Source: Monocercomonoides exilis PA203
Taxonomy: Eukaryota; Protista; Preaxostyla
NCBI GenBank assembly: GCA_001643675.2
Contig: LSRY02000020.1
Location: 1,116,001-1,180,000, forward strand
DNA: 64,000 nucleotides
Reading direction: 5' to 3'
Shown piece by piece: positions 61,501 through 64,000 of the stretch; the first letter of the stretch is position 1, and every line of letters starts with the position of its first letter. The notes below the pieces were generated by a model that saw nothing but the letters and a program-made list of their open reading frames with translations, ran no database searches and was not told the origin of the DNA. The translations under genes were made by a program, and so were the position numbers.

Positions 61501-64000
61501 TTTCACTCAATTCTGCTTTGTCTTCAACAAACAAACTCTCATTCACAACCAAACAAATCTTTTTCTCACTTGCAGACTCCAAAATGCTTGCTCCATTGTC
61601 ACTTCTCTTCACTCCTGAAATTGATGTTTTCTCAATCTCAATATTCACACATTCTTCATTTGTCTTCAATCCTTGTTCAGTTCCTTTGATCAGAAGAAGA
61701 CATCCTCTGCTTTCATTTAACGATTCCACTCGAACATTCTTCAATTGACAAGAAACTCCAGCATTATTAATTGCAAAAATGCTGTTTCCAATATTGCATG
61801 ATTCCATCAACAAATCATTCACTTTCACACTTCCTCCAATCACATCCACAAATATACAATCAAATCCATTGTTAATTCCTGCTTTTGAATGGAATGAACA
61901 TCCAGTAATCACTAAATCTCCATTTTTGTTGGAAATAATCGTTTTGGCTGAATTGTCAAATCCAGATGACAGTTGGAGTTGGATATTTGTCAATTCAAGA
62001 TGATCATCATTTTCCATGAAATATTCCAGTTGACTTCCAACTGCCTTTTCAAAAATCAATATTGCTTTTACATTCTCTTCTCCCATTGATATAGCCTTTT
62101 TGATCTGATAGTTGGAAACATTGAATGAATCTCGAATAATTGTTGATCCTTCAATTTGAATTGTTTTCATAGCATCTCCATCTCTCATGCTTTTCATCCC
62201 TTTCCACATCGTTTGACATGGCTCTTCCTCGCTTCCACAGCGCGCAACATCAAATCCATTCGATGAGATAAATATCTCAAATGAGCTGTATGGGATCAGA
62301 AACATGAACAAATCTTTGTTTGAATGAAAATCATCACTCCCCACAAATAGAGTTTTATCATTTTTCATTGAGGAATAATCGAATTTGAATGAATCATTTG
62401 TCACTGAACAATTAAAATCCCTTCCCAAAATGAACACATTCTTTCCAATGGCTGCTTTGTTGTTCTCAAAAGTTACACCAAAATCAAAAACAAATGGCTT
62501 CTCATTCAAACAATTTTGACAATCCAAATACAAGAATCCTCCTTTCCCATTGCTTGATGAAAGCGAACAAAATGATGCATTTGTTGATTCAATGGCCAAT
62601 TCTTCATTCCCTTTCAATATCACTCTTGCAACACCCCCTTCACCGCTTCCAGTGTTCACAATATTTGGAAAGTTGCTGTTTTCGAACAAAACAGAAGAAG
62701 ACATCACCAATGGAGATTTGGAAAATGAATATCCTGATAAACTGCATCCTTTCAATGTGCAACTTCCAGTGGTTGTGGTTATCAATGAGTATTGAACAGT
62801 ATTTGTTGCTGATTGAATCTCAAATGAACAGTTTTCGAGTTGAAGAATATAACTTGAAGAGATCAAAGAATTCATACTCGGTATAAATTGATTTGGAATC
62901 TGTAACTTCAAAGATAACATGCTGAGCGGCTGAATTGATGAAATAACAGATGATGATGATGATGCAGAATCCCCATTGATTGTCTCTTCAAAATGAACAG
63001 CCTTGTGTTTGGTTTCATCTCCCTCATTCACACACCCATCAATCACAAGTGCATCTGTGAAGCAATAAATATCTTCAATTGTCCCTTCGTCTTTCACCTT
63101 CACTTTCCTTTCTCCAACTGCTCCACTTCTGTCAATGTGGTCAATTCCGCTTTTCATTGATTGGCATGGGAATATCTCATCTCCACATCCCAAAGTGTCA
63201 TGCCCACCAGTCGACACAGACACCTCCATCCACTTCAAAGAAACAAGAAACACTCGAAGATCCATTTCCCCATATTTTCCATCTTCCCCAACAAATGCAT
63301 TCCCATCATCCACGTAATCTGTGTTAACAATTGCAAAACGCTCTGTATTCACACTGTTCACCAGATTCCCACTCTTCACAAACATGTTCTTCCCAACTGT
63401 TGCTGAGCATTCAGAAAATGATATTGACGAGAGCTGAAATGCTTCTTCATTTAAGCTGCAATCCAGATATATCCCTCCACCTTTTCCTCCCTCACTCATA
63501 TTCTCACAAACACATCCAACAAATGAACTATTTTCAAGTGCCATAAATCCTCCTTCGCTCAATGCTATTTTCAGCGCTCCTCCTTCTTTGCTCTTCTCTG
63601 ACAATGCCCCGTCAATTCTGCTTCCATTCAACACCATCCCAATTCCCACATTCCCTCCAAACACTGCTGCCTCTGTACCTTCATCAATTTCCAATCCTTC
63701 CAGTGTGCAATTCAACAACTTCACTTTGTATTCCTGTTCATTCATATTTGCTGAGGAAAGTGAAAATGTAAATAACGAGACTGTAGATTTCACATCTGAA
63801 ATCGTGACAGAGTCCAGCTCAACAATCTTCCCTGTCGATCTGATCAAGAAAAGTCCAATTGTGCTTCCCTTTCCTCCAATCGCATTCATCTCACAGTTTT
63901 TCATGAACAGCTCCCCATTTTGGGTCCTTGATTCGATCACTGATGCGATTACCCTGCTAAAACTCGATGGAACAACAATCCCAATGAACTCTAATTCTGT
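58562..64000 (-). CDS. 3' part of a second giant intronless beta-helix repeat type-I membrane protein, truncated by the window end
   Basis: Open >1,790 codons with GGALK/GGGIYL/FxxN motifs and CGDEIFPCQS, CGSEEEPCQT, CGTNTLPCYS modules. It shares a membrane-proximal domain with 13786-24354, has a TM helix (IYAFVACAVVVVVLVIVIVLILI) followed by KKQKR, and a charged tail. Confidence 0.85.
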   Translation of the reverse strand, partial: TELEFIGIVVPSSFSRVIASVIESRTQNGELFMKNCEMNAIGGKGSTIGLFLIRSTGKIVELDSVTISDVKSTVSLFTFSLSSANMNEQEYKVKLLNCTLEGLEIDEGTEAAVFGGNVGIGMVLNGSRIDGALSEKSKEGGALKIALSEGGFMALENSSFVGCVCENMSEGGKGGGIYLDCSLNEEAFQLSSISFSECSATVGKNMFVKSGNLVNSVNTERFAIVNTDYVDDGNAFVGEDGKYGEMDLRVFLVSLKWMEVSVSTGGHDTLGCGDEIFPCQSMKSGIDHIDRSGAVGERKVKVKDEGTIEDIYCFTDALVIDGCVNEGDETKHKAVHFEETINGDSASSSSSVISSIQPLSMLSLKLQIPNQFIPSMNSLISSSYILQLENCSFEIQSATNTVQYSLITTTTGSCTLKGCSLSGYSFSKSPLVMSSSVLFENSNFPNIVNTGSGEGGVARVILKGNEELAIESTNASFCSLSSSNGKGGFLYLDCQNCLNEKPFVFDFGVTFENNKAAIGKNVFILGRDFNCSVTNDSFKFDYSSMKNDKTLFVGSDDFHSNKDLFMFLIPYSSFEIFISSNGFDVARCGSEEEPCQTMWKGMKSMRDGDAMKTIQIEGSTIIRDSFNVSNYQIKKAISMGEENVKAILIFEKAVGSQLEYFMENDDHLELTNIQLQLSSGFDNSAKTIISNKNGDLVITGCSFHSKAGINNGFDCIFVDVIGGSVKVNDLLMESCNIGNSIFAINNAGVSCQLKNVRVESLNESRGCLLLIKGTEQGLKTNEECVNIEIEKTSISGVKRSDNGASILESASEKKICLVVNESLFVEDKAELSEKGGTIFFTLGASGSMKMIDSTISHCSCSISSGKGGGVYLATKERGNLDFAFVRVKFSENRAKVGNDIFIECYRIRSQINERQFELDLREDHYTRINGICGRDECDYPSDTDLIEFITIHQSDTIIVSSVSGSNERQCGTNTLPCYSIEHGLAHLTSDFISQMFIVDESVIWGEINMKEMSLSSKNREMCKVEVESWIERTRGALVITTGTVSLVRVNFVFDSYFISSHESLMSPERGILEIMNCSFTTKQSNKEGNIELACIPFHIINMDKGELQLDGCTMSNLILQESALYLSSSIPSVIYLFEIRNLTVSHYLVEIIECGQLNMEKFYSENITVEGNEESLICCLSLKKMMQLANCTMGGVGSNNTKGKLMKVEDCLDAKMDNCIFDGSSKERNEKNLNTEEEMCRWDGSVVDVVKSSVLMKDTTISNSPEGGITMSGGNVIIEAGNFSNNNPSIEGYPSLRRNIICSDSGILNVMSLKGGDGLKDNTSLWMLNEGCSFEGIISERDSSFFIPVLESVEAKEETNRLKLIFKGMLLLPCNLSFSVVKKKGEEKEIEKYDFDSNGFLSEREVEGSVGKDLISSCGEEIEVSVQVLFGIADSPSSTEPLILKNRTVGRDDLREDVVKESEKGGNGWSIYAFVACAVVVVVLVIVIVLILIKKQKRSGKKVVEGDLENMKMIENCELSKEEKNESFEIDEVSSPLLEKMQSQTPLLMDGNNPPLVTLRKGIMIEGTQESDSSIVISSKDFVEVQTIELHSNNREDGDATKDFANDQISFDSKKSGTDSKRKQRKKKKWKELSTRNERETKAVGGDLMRSEGRIGFVVENSLGENCIKSFRMNGDDPSLLVNSGASSFSFGNDNEELSCNSKESSLAPREARDEGIAAVHGLKNAPKTKENPSKEMDAQGLLDDVNEAEREARATNIEEYIRDLETINADAEQKAKKGKKKRKKKHKKEEEVLKNPAVEEIDGYEVGIDAF

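Overview
AT-rich, intron-rich eukaryotic DNA read with the standard genetic code. The gene style suggests an oxymonad/metamonad protist such as Monocercomonoides (inference): GTNTG donors, poly-Ser/Glu-Lys low complexity, and giant GGAI/CG..PC beta-helix membrane proteins. Recognisable spliced genes are a Cdc25 phosphatase with an N-terminal catalytic domain, PIG-W/GWT1, RPL36, RPL11, a YAK1/DYRK kinase with a ~2,470-aa disordered tail, and SF3B5. The window also holds two giant intronless type-I membrane proteins of one repeat family plus a pseudogene of that family, several unknown genes, a decayed coding region (~27-31 kb) and microsatellites. The intergenic DNA carries several inverted-repeat (MITE/foldback-like) elements. 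The most unusual is an array of three ~215-250-bp hairpin cassettes joined end to end through CATATG junctions (25471-26172). Exon boundaries were inferred by eye and no database searches were run.
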